Source: Escherichia phage AV119. From it: a DNA stretch of 64,000 nucleotides. The DNA is taken from sequence record OR352949.1. One strand, 5' to 3'. The notes below the pieces were generated by a model that worked only from the letters and a program-made list of their open reading frames with translations, was not told where the DNA came from and searched no databases. Shown here piece by piece: positions 1 through 13,916 of the stretch. The position numbers and the translations under genes are program-made. Numbering within the stretch: the stretch's first letter is position 1; each line of letters starts with the position of its first letter.

Positions 1-2314
<2,314 letters not shown>

Positions 2315-2342
2315 TATTAAAGCATATTAAAGAGGATTAAAA

Positions 2343-4322
2343 ATGACTTTATTATCTCCGGGCATTGAGCTCAAAGAAACTACGGTTCAAAGCACCGTGG
2401 TTAATAACTCTACTGGTACAGCAGCTTTGGCCGGTAAATTCCAGTGGGGTCCTGCTTTTCAGATTAAACAGGTTACAAACGAAGTAGATTTAGTTAATAC
2501 TTTTGGTCAACCTACAGCTGAAACTGCTGACTATTTTATGTCTGCAATGAATTTCTTACAATATGGAAATGATTTGCGAGTTGTGCGCGCTGTCGATAGA
2601 GATACCGCTAAAAACTCATCTCCGATTGCTGGTAATATTGAATACACAATTTCTACCCCAGGTAGTAACTACGCGGTTGGAGATAAAATCACGGTCAAAT
2701 ATGTTTCAGAAGATGTTGAAACAGAAGGTAAAATTACCGAAGTAGATGCTGATGGAAAAATTAAGAAAATTAATATTCCTACTGCAAAAATTATTGCTAA
2801 AGCTAAAGAAGTTGGCGAATACCCAACATTAGGTTCTAACTGGACTGCAGAAATTTCTTCATCTTCTTCCGGTTTAGCTGCAGTAATAACTCTTGGAAAA
2901 ATTATTACTGATTCCGGTATTTTATTAGCTGAAATCGAGAGCGCTGAAACTGCTATGACAGCAGTTGATTTTCAGGCAAATCTTGAAAAATATGGAATTC
3001 CAGGAGTAGTAGCTCTCTATCCAGGCGAATTAGGCGATAAAATTGAAATTGAAATCGTATCTAAAGCTGACTATGCGAAAGGCGCTTCTGCATTACTGCC
3101 AATTTATCCAGGTGGTGGTACTCGTGCATCTACTGCCAAGGCAGTATTTGGATATGGGCCGCAGACTGACTCACAGTACGCTATTATAGTTCGTCGAAAT
3201 GATGCTATTGTTCAAAGCGTTGTTCTTTCAACTAAGCGTGGTGAAAAAGATATTTACGATAGTAACATCTATATTGATGACTTTTTCGCAAAAGGTGGTT
3301 CAGAATATATTTTCGCAACTGCGCAAAACTGGCCAGAAGGCTTCTCTGGAATTTTAACTCTGTCTGGTGGATTATCATCAAATGCTGAAGTAACAGCAGG
3401 AGATTTGATGGAAGCTTGGGACTTCTTTGCTGACCGCGAATCTGTTGACGTTCAGTTGTTTATTGCGGGTTCTTGTGCCGGTGAATCTCTTGAAACAGCA
3501 TCTACTGTCCAAAAACATGTTGTTTCAATTGGTGATGCTCGTCAAGATTGCTTAGTATTGTGCTCACCTCCGCGTGAAACTGTAGTTGGAATTCCTGTAA
3601 CTCGTGCAGTAGATAATTTAGTTAACTGGAGAACTGCAGCAGGTTCATACACTGATAATAACTTTAATATCAGTTCAACCTACGCAGCAATTGATGGTAA
3701 CTACAAATATCAGTATGACAAATATAATGATGTGAATCGTTGGGTTCCATTAGCAGCTGATATTGCTGGTTTATGCGCAAGAACTGATAACGTATCTCAG
3801 ACTTGGATGTCTCCAGCTGGTTATAATCGTGGCCAGATTCTTAACGTTATTAAACTTGCTATTGAAACTCGCCAAGCTCAGCGCGACCGTTTATACCAAG
3901 AAGCTATTAATCCAGTAACTGGTACAGGTGGCGATGGTTACGTATTGTATGGTGATAAAACAGCTACTTCTGTTCCTTCTCCATTTGATCGTATTAACGT
4001 TCGTCGTCTGTTTAATATGTTGAAAACGAATATCGGACGTAGTTCAAAATATCGTTTGTTCGAATTAAACAACGCGTTTACTCGTTCATCATTCCGCACA
4101 GAAACTGCCCAATACTTACAGGGAATTAAAGCTCTCGGTGGAATTTATGAATATCGTGTAGTTTGCGATACAACAAATAACACTCCGTCAGTAATTGATA
4201 GAAATGAGTTTGTTGCAACATTCTACATCCAACCGGCTCGTAGTATAAATTATATCCAACTTAATTTCGTCGCAACTGCTACTGGTGCAGATTTTGATGA
4301 GTTAACTGGTCTTGCAGGTTAA
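2343..4322 (+). CDS. 18: contractile tail sheath protein gp18
   Basis: 659 aa, same as T4 gp18; SD plus late promoter upstream. Confidence 0.95.
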   Translation: MTLLSPGIELKETTVQSTVVNNSTGTAALAGKFQWGPAFQIKQVTNEVDLVNTFGQPTAETADYFMSAMNFLQYGNDLRVVRAVDRDTAKNSSPIAGNIEYTISTPGSNYAVGDKITVKYVSEDVETEGKITEVDADGKIKKINIPTAKIIAKAKEVGEYPTLGSNWTAEISSSSSGLAAVITLGKIITDSGILLAEIESAETAMTAVDFQANLEKYGIPGVVALYPGELGDKIEIEIVSKADYAKGASALLPIYPGGGTRASTAKAVFGYGPQTDSQYAIIVRRNDAIVQSVVLSTKRGEKDIYDSNIYIDDFFAKGGSEYIFATAQNWPEGFSGILTLSGGLSSNAEVTAGDLMEAWDFFADRESVDVQLFIAGSCAGESLETASTVQKHVVSIGDARQDCLVLCSPPRETVVGIPVTRAVDNLVNWRTAAGSYTDNNFNISSTYAAIDGNYKYQYDKYNDVNRWVPLAADIAGLCARTDNVSQTWMSPAGYNRGQILNVIKLAIETRQAQRDRLYQEAINPVTGTGGDGYVLYGDKTATSVPSPFDRINVRRLFNMLKTNIGRSSKYRLFELNNAFTRSSFRTETAQYLQGIKALGGIYEYRVVCDTTNNTPSVIDRNEFVATFYIQPARSINYIQLNFVATATGADFDELTGLAG

Positions 4323-4967
4323 TTGATTATGGGGCTTCGGCCCCTATTCTCGAGGAAACAAGTGATTATTTCTAAGTTTGTTACAATAAAACCAAGAAAT
4401 CATTCAAAAATGTGGTCGACAATTCTGGGATATAAAGTATCATATCATGATACAGTATCTGTTCCAATAGAATTAATGCCAAAGAATAGTAATAAAATAG
4501 TTGACGCTAAATGTGATTTGTGTGGTATTAAATTTAGTAGAAGCATTCAGCTTTTAAATAGAACACCCACGCATGCATGTAGAAAATGTAGCATTAAACA
4601 AGTTGCTATTAAAAATTCGGAAGTTCAATCTGGAATAAGTAGACCATGGCAAAGAGGTGATAAACATCCTCGATGGACTGGTAAAAGAAAAGAGTTTGCA
4701 TTATATGCTAGTAGAGTTCATTCTATAACTAAGTCAGCTAAAATAAGAAAAATCTGGTCAAAATGGCCAAATGCTGATAAAATAGGAGTGTGTGGTGTAG
4801 AAGGTGCTTACCAGCTTGATCATAAGGTATCTATCAAATATGGATTTGATAATTTAATTCCGCCGGAAATTATAGCAAGCGTAAAAAATTTAGAAATAAT
4901 CACTTGGGAATCTAACCGAGAAAAGTCAAAAAGAAATAGCGTAGATCTTTGGGATTTACTAGAATGA
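4323..4967 (+). CDS. HNH-family endonuclease (mob-like, putative homing endonuclease); true start probably internal (ATG near 4410)
   Basis: N-terminal Cys cluster CDLCG...CRKC; C-terminal HNH-like QLDHKVSIKYGFDN...NLEIITWESNREKSKRN; sits between 18 and 19. Confidence 0.7.
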   Translation: MIMGLRPLFSRKQVIISKFVTIKPRNHSKMWSTILGYKVSYHDTVSVPIELMPKNSNKIVDAKCDLCGIKFSRSIQLLNRTPTHACRKCSIKQVAIKNSEVQSGISRPWQRGDKHPRWTGKRKEFALYASRVHSITKSAKIRKIWSKWPNADKIGVCGVEGAYQLDHKVSIKYGFDNLIPPEIIASVKNLEIITWESNREKSKRNSVDLWDLLE

Positions 4968-4993
4968 TTCTAAAGGCCTGTTTCGGCAGGCCA

Positions 4994-5001
4994 TATAAAT
5001 A
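4994..5001 (+). promoter_or_regulatory. late promoter TATAAATA (distal copy upstream of gene 19)
   Basis: exact TATAAATA right after hairpin 4975-4992. Confidence 0.6.
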
Positions 5002-5052
5002 CACTATATCCTTAATTCTTTAATTCTATATGCCCTAGGTTAAACATAGGGA

Positions 5053-5060
5053 TATAAATA
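5053..5060 (+). promoter_or_regulatory. late promoter TATAAATA (proximal, gene 19)
   Basis: exact TATAAATA 15 nt before ATG 5075. Confidence 0.7.
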
Positions 5061-5074
5061 CTACAGAGGCTAAT

Positions 5075-5566
5075 ATGTTTGTAGATGATGTAACACGAGC
5101 GTTTGAATCTGGTGATTTTGCTCGACCTAACTTATTCCAAGTAGAAATTTCTTATCTTGGACAAAATTTTACATTCCAATGTAAAGCCACTGCTTTACCA
5201 GCTGGTATTGTAGAAAAAATTCCAGTCGGATTTATGAACCGTAAAATTAACGTAGCAGGCGATCGTACATTCGATGACTGGACTGTTACAGTAATGAACG
5301 ATGAAGCTCATGATGCTCGCCAGAAGTTTGTTGATTGGCAAAGCATTGCTGCTGGTCAAGGAAACGAAATTACTGGTGGAAAACCTGCAGAGTATAAAAA
5401 GAGCGCTATTGTTCGTCAATATGCTCGTGATGCTAAAACAGTAACAAAAGAAATTGAAATTAAAGGTCTGTGGCCTACTAACGTGGGTGAACTTCAATTA
5501 GATTGGGATTCAAACAATGAAATCCAAACCTTTGAAGTAACTCTTGCTCTCGATTATTGGGAATAA
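5075..5566 (+). CDS. 19: tail tube protein gp19
   Basis: 163 aa as T4 gp19; TATAAATA 15 nt upstream. Confidence 0.95.
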   Translation: MFVDDVTRAFESGDFARPNLFQVEISYLGQNFTFQCKATALPAGIVEKIPVGFMNRKINVAGDRTFDDWTVTVMNDEAHDARQKFVDWQSIAAGQGNEITGGKPAEYKKSAIVRQYARDAKTVTKEIEIKGLWPTNVGELQLDWDSNNEIQTFEVTLALDYWE

Positions 5567-5598
5567 AATGAATGGGGAGAAATCCCCATCCTGCTTAA

Positions 5599-7223
<1,625 letters not shown>

Positions 7224-7224
<1 letters not shown>

Positions 7225-7451
7225 TGGAAGGTTTAATTGAAGCTATTAAATCAAACGACCTCGTAGCCGCTCGTAAATTATTTGCTGAAGCCATGGCTGC
7301 AAGAACGACTGATTTAATCAAAGAAGAAAAAATCACTATCGCTCGTAATTTCTTAATCGAAGGTGAAGAACCTGAAGATGAAGATGAAGATAGCGATGAT
7401 AAAGACGACAAAAAAGACAAAGACTCTGACGAAGACGAGGATGATGAATAA
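7224..7451 (+). CDS. 67: prohead core protein gp67 (acidic C-terminus)
   Basis: 75 aa, poly-D/E tail; position between 20 and 68. Confidence 0.85.
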
Positions 7452-7876
7452 TGATTCTAATCCCTGAAACTCATGAATTAGTTCTCGAGAATGTCGAAGC
7501 ACTTATTCCTGAAGCACAGGGTCGCTTTGACGAATTGTCTTCTGCTTTAAATAAAGACGATATAAATACAATTGTCGAGAATATGCTTGATGATGAAACT
7601 GATTTAGCGGTTGCATTAGCTTCTATTAATGAAAATATGCCGTTAAATGAATTTATCGTTAAACATGTTTCTGCCCGTGGTGAAATTACTCGCACTAAAG
7701 ATCGCAAAACCCGCGAACGTAATGCATTTCAAACTACCGGGTTGTCTAAAGCAAAACGTAGACAAATTGCTCGTAAAGCTACCAAAACGAAGATTGCCAA
7801 TCCAGCAGGTCAATCTCGTGCTCAGCGTAAGCGTAAAAAAGCTCTTAAACGCCGTAAAGCATTAGGATTAAGCTAA
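7451..7876 (+). CDS. 68: prohead core protein gp68
   Basis: 141 aa as T4 gp68; basic C-terminus. Confidence 0.85.
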   Translation: MILIPETHELVLENVEALIPEAQGRFDELSSALNKDDINTIVENMLDDETDLAVALASINENMPLNEFIVKHVSARGEITRTKDRKTRERNAFQTTGLSKAKRRQIARKATKTKIANPAGQSRAQRKRKKALKRRKALGLS

Positions 7877-8514
7877 TGAATGAACCCCAATTGCTAATTG
7901 AAACTTGGGGTCAACCTGGCGAAATTATTGATGGTGTGCCAATGCTTGAATCCCATGATGGGAAAGACTTAGGTTTAAAACCTGGTTTATACATCGAAGG
8001 AATATTCATGCAAGCAGAAGTCGTCAATAGAAATAAACGTCTTTATCCAAAACGTATATTAGAAAAAGCGGTAAAAGACTATATTAATGAGCAAGTTTTA
8101 ACTAAACAAGCTCTCGGAGAATTAAATCATCCTCCACGCGCTAATGTTGACCCGATGCAAGCCGCTATCATTATAGAAGATATGTGGTGGAAAGGAAATG
8201 ACGTATACGGACGAGCTCGTGTTATTGAAGGTGACCATGGTCCTGGAGATAAATTAGCAGCTAATATTCGTGCCGGATGGATTCCAGGAGTTTCTTCTCG
8301 TGGATTAGGTTCATTGACTGACACAAATAAAGGTTATCGTATCGTAAACGAAGGATTCAAATTAACTGTAGGTGTTGATGCAGTATGGGGTCCAAGTGCT
8401 CCAGATGCATGGGTAACTCCTAAGGAAATTACCGAATCACAGACGGCGGAAGCCGATACAAGTGCCGATGACGCCTATATGGCTCTCGCAGAGGCCATGA
8501 AAAAAGCGTTATAA
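7876..8514 (+). CDS. 21: prohead core protease gp21
   Basis: 212 aa as T4 gp21; gene order. Confidence 0.9.
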   Translation: MNEPQLLIETWGQPGEIIDGVPMLESHDGKDLGLKPGLYIEGIFMQAEVVNRNKRLYPKRILEKAVKDYINEQVLTKQALGELNHPPRANVDPMQAAIIIEDMWWKGNDVYGRARVIEGDHGPGDKLAANIRAGWIPGVSSRGLGSLTDTNKGYRIVNEGFKLTVGVDAVWGPSAPDAWVTPKEITESQTAEADTSADDAYMALAEAMKKAL

Positions 8515-8517
8515 ATA
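8510..8517 (+). promoter_or_regulatory. late promoter for gene 22 (overlaps gene 21 stop)
   Basis: exact TATAAATA 28 nt before ATG. Confidence 0.75.
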
Positions 8518-8544
8518 TTATTATCTAAACAACAGGACTACAAA

Positions 8545-9354
8545 ATGCTTAAAGAACAACTGATTGCCGAAGCGCAGAAAATTGATGCTTCCGTTGCTCT
8601 TGATAGTATTTTCGAATCAGTTAATATTTCTCCGGAAGCAAAAGAAACTTTCGGCACTGTATTCGAAGCTACCGTCAAGCAGCACGCCGTTAAATTAGCT
8701 GAATCTCATATCGCTAAAATTGCCGAAAAAGCAGAAGAAGAAGTAGAAAAAAATAAAGAAGAAGCCGAAGAAAAAGCTGAGAAGAAAATCGCTGAGCAAG
8801 CTTCTAAATTCATTGACCATCTTGCAAAAGAATGGCTCGCTGAAAATAAATTAGCAGTTGATAAAGGCATCAAAGCCGAACTGTTTGAATCCATGCTTGG
8901 TGGATTAAAAGAGCTCTTTGTTGAACACAACGTTGTTGTTCCAGAAGAATCAGTTGATGTTGTAGCTGAAATGGAAGAAGAGCTGCAAGAACATAAAGAA
9001 GAATCAGCTCGTCTGTTCGAAGAACTCAATAAGCGTGACGCATATATCAATTATGTGCAGCGTGAAGTGGCATTGAGCGAAAGTACTAAAGATCTGACTG
9101 AGTCTCAAAAAGAAAAAGTCTCTGCTCTGGTCGAAGGTATGGATTATTCAGATGCATTCTCAAGTAAATTGAGTGCAATCGTAGAAATGGTGAAGAAATC
9201 TAATAAAGATGAAAGCACTATTACTGAGAGTATAAATACTCCTGATACTGAAGCAGCCGGACTGAATTTCGTCACTGAAGCTGTAGAAGATAAAGCTGCA
9301 CAAGGTGCAGAAGATATTGTAAGTGTATATGCGAAAGTCGCATCTCGTTTCTAA
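8545..9354 (+). CDS. 22: prohead core scaffold protein gp22
   Basis: 269 aa, coiled-coil E/K-rich; T4 gp22 length. Confidence 0.9.
   Translation: MLKEQLIAEAQKIDASVALDSIFESVNISPEAKETFGTVFEATVKQHAVKLAESHIAKIAEKAEEEVEKNKEEAEEKAEKKIAEQASKFIDHLAKEWLAENKLAVDKGIKAELFESMLGGLKELFVEHNVVVPEESVDVVAEMEEELQEHKEESARLFEELNKRDAYINYVQREVALSESTKDLTESQKEKVSALVEGMDYSDAFSSKLSAIVEMVKKSNKDESTITESINTPDTEAAGLNFVTEAVEDKAAQGAEDIVSVYAKVASRF
9231..9238 (+). promoter_or_regulatory. late promoter P23 inside 3-prime end of gene 22
   Basis: gagTATAAATActcctga; only exact box upstream of gene 23. Confidence 0.65.
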
Positions 9355-9372
9355 TTTTAAAGGTTAACACAA

Positions 9373-10938
9373 ATGACTATCAAAACTAAAGCTGAACTTT
9401 TGAACAAATGGAAGCCATTACTGGAAGGTGAAGGTTTACCGGAAATTGCTAATAGCAAACAAGCGATTATCGCTAAAATCTTTGAAAACCAGGAAAAAGA
9501 TTTCCAGACAGCTCCGGAATATAAAGACGAAAAAATTGCTCAGGCATTTGGTTCTTTCTTAACAGAAGCTGAAATCGGCGGTGACCATGGTTACAATGCT
9601 ACTAACATCGCTGCAGGTCAGACTTCTGGCGCAGTAACTCAGATTGGCCCAGCTGTTATGGGTATGGTACGTCGTGCTATTCCTAACCTGATTGCTTTCG
9701 ATATTTGTGGTGTTCAGCCGATGAACAGCCCGACTGGCCAGGTATTCGCATTGCGTGCAGTATATGGTAAAGACCCAGTGGCTGCCGGTGCTAAAGAAGC
9801 ATTCCACCCAATGTATGGTCCAGATGCAATGTTCTCTGGTCAGGGTGCTGCTAAGAAATTCCCAGCTCTGGCTGCTAGCACACAAACCGTTGTAGGTGAT
9901 ATCTATACTCACTTCTTCCAGGAAACTGGTACTGTGTATCTGCAAGCTTCCGCTGTAGTAACAATCGATGCTGGTGCGACTGATGCTGCTAAATTAGATG
10001 CTGAAATTAAGAAACAAATGGAAGCTGGTGCACTGGTAGAAATCGCTGAAGGTATGGCTACTTCTATCGCTGAACTCCAGGAAGGTTTCAACGGTTCTAC
10101 CGATAACCCATGGAATGAAATGGGCTTCCGTATCGATAAACAAGTTATCGAAGCTAAATCTCGTCAGCTGAAAGCTGCTTACTCTATCGAATTAGCACAA
10201 GACCTCCGCGCTGTTCACGGTATGGATGCTGATGCTGAACTGTCTGGTATTCTGGCTACAGAAATTATGCTGGAAATCAACCGTGAAGTTGTTGATTGGA
10301 TTAACTACTCAGCACAGGTTGGTAAATCTGGTATGACCCTGACTCCGGGTTCTAAAGCTGGTGTATTTGACTTCCAGGACCCAATCGATATTCGTGGTGC
10401 TCGCTGGGCAGGTGAATCCTTTAAAGCTCTGTTGTTCCAGATTGACAAAGAAGCAGTTGAAATTGCTCGTCAGACTGGTCGCGGCGAAGGTAACTTCATT
10501 ATCGCTTCCCGTAACGTAGTTAACGTTTTGGCTTCAGTTGATACCGGCATTTCTTATGCTGCACAGGGTCTGGCTACCGGCTTCAACACTGATACTACCA
10601 AGTCAGTATTTGCTGGTGTTCTGGGTGGTAAATACCGTGTATATATCGACCAGTATGCTAAGCAGGATTATTTCACTGTAGGTTATAAAGGTCCGAACGA
10701 AATGGATGCTGGTATTTACTATGCTCCATATGTAGCTCTGACTCCGCTGCGTGGTTCCGATCCGAAGAACTTCCAACCGGTAATGGGATTCAAAACTCGT
10801 TACGGTATCGGTATCAACCCATTTGCAGAATCCGCTGCTCAGGCTCCGGCTTCTCGCATCCAGAGCGGTATGCCTTCTATTCTGAATAGCCTTGGTAAAA
10901 ACGCTTACTTCCGCCGTGTATATGTTAAAGGTATCTAA
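9373..10938 (+). CDS. 23: major capsid protein gp23
   Basis: 521 aa; recognised as T4 gp23 (MTIKTKAELLNKWKPLLEGEG...). Confidence 0.98.
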   Translation: MTIKTKAELLNKWKPLLEGEGLPEIANSKQAIIAKIFENQEKDFQTAPEYKDEKIAQAFGSFLTEAEIGGDHGYNATNIAAGQTSGAVTQIGPAVMGMVRRAIPNLIAFDICGVQPMNSPTGQVFALRAVYGKDPVAAGAKEAFHPMYGPDAMFSGQGAAKKFPALAASTQTVVGDIYTHFFQETGTVYLQASAVVTIDAGATDAAKLDAEIKKQMEAGALVEIAEGMATSIAELQEGFNGSTDNPWNEMGFRIDKQVIEAKSRQLKAAYSIELAQDLRAVHGMDADAELSGILATEIMLEINREVVDWINYSAQVGKSGMTLTPGSKAGVFDFQDPIDIRGARWAGESFKALLFQIDKEAVEIARQTGRGEGNFIIASRNVVNVLASVDTGISYAAQGLATGFNTDTTKSVFAGVLGGKYRVYIDQYAKQDYFTVGYKGPNEMDAGIYYAPYVALTPLRGSDPKNFQPVMGFKTRYGIGINPFAESAAQAPASRIQSGMPSILNSLGKNAYFRRVYVKGI

Positions 10939-10953
10939 TCTTTGACGATTTAA

Positions 10954-10980
10954 GGGACCTTCGGGTCCCTTTAGTTGTTT
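10954..10980 (+). terminator. rho-independent terminator after gene 23
   Basis: gggaccTTCGggtccc followed by T-rich tract. Confidence 0.75.
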
Positions 10981-10986
10981 TTATGG

Positions 10987-10994
10987 TATAAATA
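10987..10994 (+). promoter_or_regulatory. late promoter for gene 24
   Basis: exact TATAAATA 28 nt before ATG. Confidence 0.75.
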
Positions 10995-11021
10995 AATCAT
11001 ATAAACCAAAAGGAAAGCGCA

Positions 11022-12305
11022 ATGGCTAAAATCAACGAACTTCTGCGCGAATCAACCACAACGAATAGCAACTCAATCGGTCGCCCAAATCTCGTTGCTT
11101 TGACTCGCGCTACCACTAAATTAATATATTCTGACATTGTAGCAACGCAAAGAACTAATCAACCTGTTGCTGCTTTTTATGGTATCAAATACCTTAACCC
11201 AGACAACGAATTTACATTTAAAACTGGTGCTACTTACGCTGGCGAAGCTGGATATGTAGACCGAGAACAAATCACAGAATTAACAGAAGAGTCTAAATTA
11301 ACTCTCAATAAAGGCGATTTATTCAAATATAATAACATCGTTTATAAAGTATTAGAAGATACTCCATTCGCTGATATTGAAGAAAGCGACTTAGAGTTAG
11401 CTCTTCAGATTGCAATTGTTCTTTTAAAGGTTCGTCTATTTTCTGACGCAGCGTCAACAAGCAAATTTGAAAGCTCTGATAGCGAAATTGCGGATGCTAG
11501 ATTTCAGATTAATAAATGGCAAACCGCGGTTAAATCTCGTAAACTTAAAACTGGTATCACAGTTGAATTAGCGCAAGATTTAGAAGCAAATGGATTCGAT
11601 GCTCCTAATTTCTTGGAAGATTTGCTTGCAACTGAAATGGCAGATGAAATCAATAAAGACATTCTGCAGTCTTTGATTACAGTGTCAAAACGCTATAAAG
11701 TTACAGGAATTACTGATAGTGGATTCATCGATTTGAGTTATGCATCTGCTCCTGAAGCTGGTCGTTCATTATACCGAATGGTATGTGAAATGGTTTCGCA
11801 TATCCAAAAAGAATCAACTTATACAGCAACGTTCTGTGTTGCTTCAGCTCGTGCCGCTGCGATTCTTGCTGCATCAGGTTGGTTAAAACATAAACCAGAA
11901 GATGATAAATATCTTTCACAAAATGCCTATGGGTTCTTAGCTAATGGTTTACCGCTTTATTGCGATACTAACAGCCCATTAGATTATGTAATCGTTGGCG
12001 TAGTAGAAAATATCGGTGAAAAAGAAATTGTTGGATCAATTTTCTATGCTCCGTATACAGAAGGTCTCGACTTAGATGACCCTGAACATGTAGGTGCATT
12101 TAAAGTTGTGGTTGATCCAGAAAGCTTACAACCGTCTATCGGTTTATTAGTTAGGTATGCTTTATCTGCAAATCCTTACACCGTAGCAAAAGATGAAAAA
12201 GAAGCAAGAGTAATTGATGGTGGAGACATGGATAAAATGGCGGGTCGTTCAGATTTGTCCGTTTTATTAGGTGTTAAGCTACCAAAAATTATCATTGATG
12301 AATAA
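11022..12305 (+). CDS. 24: capsid vertex protein gp24
   Basis: 427 aa as T4 gp24; gp23 paralog fold; late promoter upstream. Confidence 0.95.
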   Translation: MAKINELLRESTTTNSNSIGRPNLVALTRATTKLIYSDIVATQRTNQPVAAFYGIKYLNPDNEFTFKTGATYAGEAGYVDREQITELTEESKLTLNKGDLFKYNNIVYKVLEDTPFADIEESDLELALQIAIVLLKVRLFSDAASTSKFESSDSEIADARFQINKWQTAVKSRKLKTGITVELAQDLEANGFDAPNFLEDLLATEMADEINKDILQSLITVSKRYKVTGITDSGFIDLSYASAPEAGRSLYRMVCEMVSHIQKESTYTATFCVASARAAAILAASGWLKHKPEDDKYLSQNAYGFLANGLPLYCDTNSPLDYVIVGVVENIGEKEIVGSIFYAPYTEGLDLDDPEHVGAFKVVVDPESLQPSIGLLVRYALSANPYTVAKDEKEARVIDGGDMDKMAGRSDLSVLLGVKLPKIIIDE

Positions 12306-12336
12306 AACAAAGGGACCGAAAGGTCCTTTTTATTTA
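12305..12336. terminator. bidirectional terminator between convergent gene 24 and rnlB
   Basis: aaagggaccGAAAggtccttttt. Confidence 0.7.
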
Positions 12337-12386
12337 GCTCACCAACTCAATCCAAGCAGGACGAAGTACATCTTGTACCATTTTAA

Positions 12387-13337
12387 CTAATTCTTTTTAA
12401 CCAAAGAAGGATTATCCGCTTGAGTTAGAGTAATACCTTCACGAGAAGTTTCTTCCAAAATATCTTGAACAGTTAATCCCATCACCTTTCCAAAATCTTT
12501 TGGACCAATTTCGCCAATTTTGGAAATAACGTTATTTACTCGGTTCAATGTAACATAACAAGCTAAAATTCCAACCAATTTGTTATCAGCTTCTGACAAT
12601 TCAACTTTAGCTTTAATAGGCTTATCAGACTTTTTCTTTTCACTAAATTTAGAATTCTTGCATTTGATGGCCACACGATTGCGATTAGGCAGCCAAGAAG
12701 GATAACAAGGTTTCAATACATATCCTTCAGCAGTAAATACTTCGCCTTTTGCTTCGGCATTCCAAACGCATTTATTTGCATCAACTAATCCAGCATGGTC
12801 TACTGTAAAATTATAATCTTGGACGACAGAATCTAAATCATTTGGCAATTTAATAAGCTCTTCAAATTTACCGCGACCTAAAAGTGGAGCCATTTTAAAT
12901 TTAAATGTATTACAGAATGATTCCATCATATAATCATCGACATAAGTCACATCACCGCTTTCTGTAGTGACAATAATGTCAAATACATAAAAATCTTTAT
13001 CACCATAATCAACATTCTTCTGAATGCCAGGTCCAGCGAATTCGCCAAAGACTTGATAAGATACAACCGCTGAAGTTTCCATAATATCTTGTACTGCTTT
13101 AATGGAATCAGCGTAATTCTTTAGAATAATTTCATACCCAAAGAAATCTTCAGCAGGAAGAATAGGACCAGTACGTTTAGCGCAAGTTACTTTATCACGC
13201 TCAATAATCAATGAGAAATTTGTGCCGTGAATCTTTTCACGAGCTACCCATTCACCGCCAGTCAATCCCAAGCTATAAAGTTTTTCAATAAATTTAGAGT
13301 TGTAATGATTTTCAAGACTGCTATACTTTTTAAACAT
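12387..13337 (-). CDS. rnlB: RNA ligase 2 (Rnl2), 316-aa reading frame truncated by an apparent 1-nt deletion in an A-run near the 3-prime end
   Basis: N-terminal nucleotidyltransferase motif KIHGTNFS; alternate frame from 12393 continues [20 protein letters not shown] to a stop at 12334-12336 just before the terminator, restoring a 334-codon gene. Confidence 0.85.
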   Translation of the reverse strand: MFKKYSSLENHYNSKFIEKLYSLGLTGGEWVAREKIHGTNFSLIIERDKVTCAKRTGPILPAEDFFGYEIILKNYADSIKAVQDIMETSAVVSYQVFGEFAGPGIQKNVDYGDKDFYVFDIIVTTESGDVTYVDDYMMESFCNTFKFKMAPLLGRGKFEELIKLPNDLDSVVQDYNFTVDHAGLVDANKCVWNAEAKGEVFTAEGYVLKPCYPSWLPNRNRVAIKCKNSKFSEKKKSDKPIKAKVELSEADNKLVGILACYVTLNRVNNVISKIGEIGPKDFGKVMGLTVQDILEETSREGITLTQADNPSLVKKN

Positions 13338-13346
13338 AATTAATCC

Positions 13347-13625
13347 TCAAAATGTAATTTCTAACCAATCACCATCACGCTGATCACTATTAACTTTAAA
13401 GCTGAATCCTTCTTTTCTCAACCAATCACCAATTTCTTCAGTAATCAATTTATCGCGAGCAGTACAATAATAACTAAAATATGTTTTACCTTGTTCAGCT
13501 GCTTTATTAGCAAGTTCCGAAAAATCTTTAATAAAACACTCTAGTTTAAACTGTTTGCTTTTAAGTGCTTTTTCGCGTAATTGATTAGCAAAAGATTCAT
13601 TTTCATAAAGATCATACTGTTCCAT
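13347..13625 (-). CDS. hypothetical protein (T4 24.2 position)
   Basis: 92-aa ORF, position conserved downstream of rnlB. Confidence 0.6.
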   Translation of the reverse strand: MEQYDLYENESFANQLREKALKSKQFKLECFIKDFSELANKAAEQGKTYFSYYCTARDKLITEEIGDWLRKEGFSFKVNSDQRDGDWLEITF

Positions 13626-13827
13626 TTTTCACCTTTTTATTAATATGTCTTTTTCTATAGACAACTTTTTCTCGAGTTTCAAATTTATTCTTAGCAGTCA
13701 TAGCTCGAGCCCATAATACAGCCACTTCTTTCGCCTGTAAGTTTAATTCACGAGCAATTTCAATGAATGACTTTCCAGACTCATGAAGAGTAAACACCAC
13801 AACCTCAGTTCTCATAATCAATCTCAT
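13612..13827 (-). CDS. small helix-turn-helix-like protein (T4 24.3 position)
   Basis: 71 aa; HTH-like ESGKSFIEIARELNLQAKEVAVLWAR; basic C-terminus. Confidence 0.55.
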   Translation of the reverse strand: MRLIMRTEVVVFTLHESGKSFIEIARELNLQAKEVAVLWARAMTAKNKFETREKVVYRKRHINKKVKNGTV

Positions 13828-13879
13828 GTTATCGAGTTGGTGCCATTATATACATCGTTTTCTGACTATGTTTTGTGTG

Positions 13880-13910
13880 CTTTCAAAATGAAGAAAGGGG
13901 CCGAAGCCCC
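13880..13910 (-). terminator. terminator after hoc
   Basis: ggggcTTCGgcccc followed by T-run on minus strand. Confidence 0.65.
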
Positions 13911-13916
13911 TTACGA

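Noticed and set aside
4331-4346. Hairpin ggggcttcggcccc after gene 18 as a terminator
   Set aside because: No T-run follows and it overlaps the start of the HNH reading frame; more likely an RNA stability or processing hairpin
8706-9050. 114-aa minus-strand ORF inside gene 22 (and similar antisense ORFs at 187-375, 5195-5497, 9559-9945, 55199-55441, 60676-60910, 61781-62161)
   Set aside because: Antisense to well-supported structural genes, Ser/Cys-rich low-complexity translations, no SD or promoter
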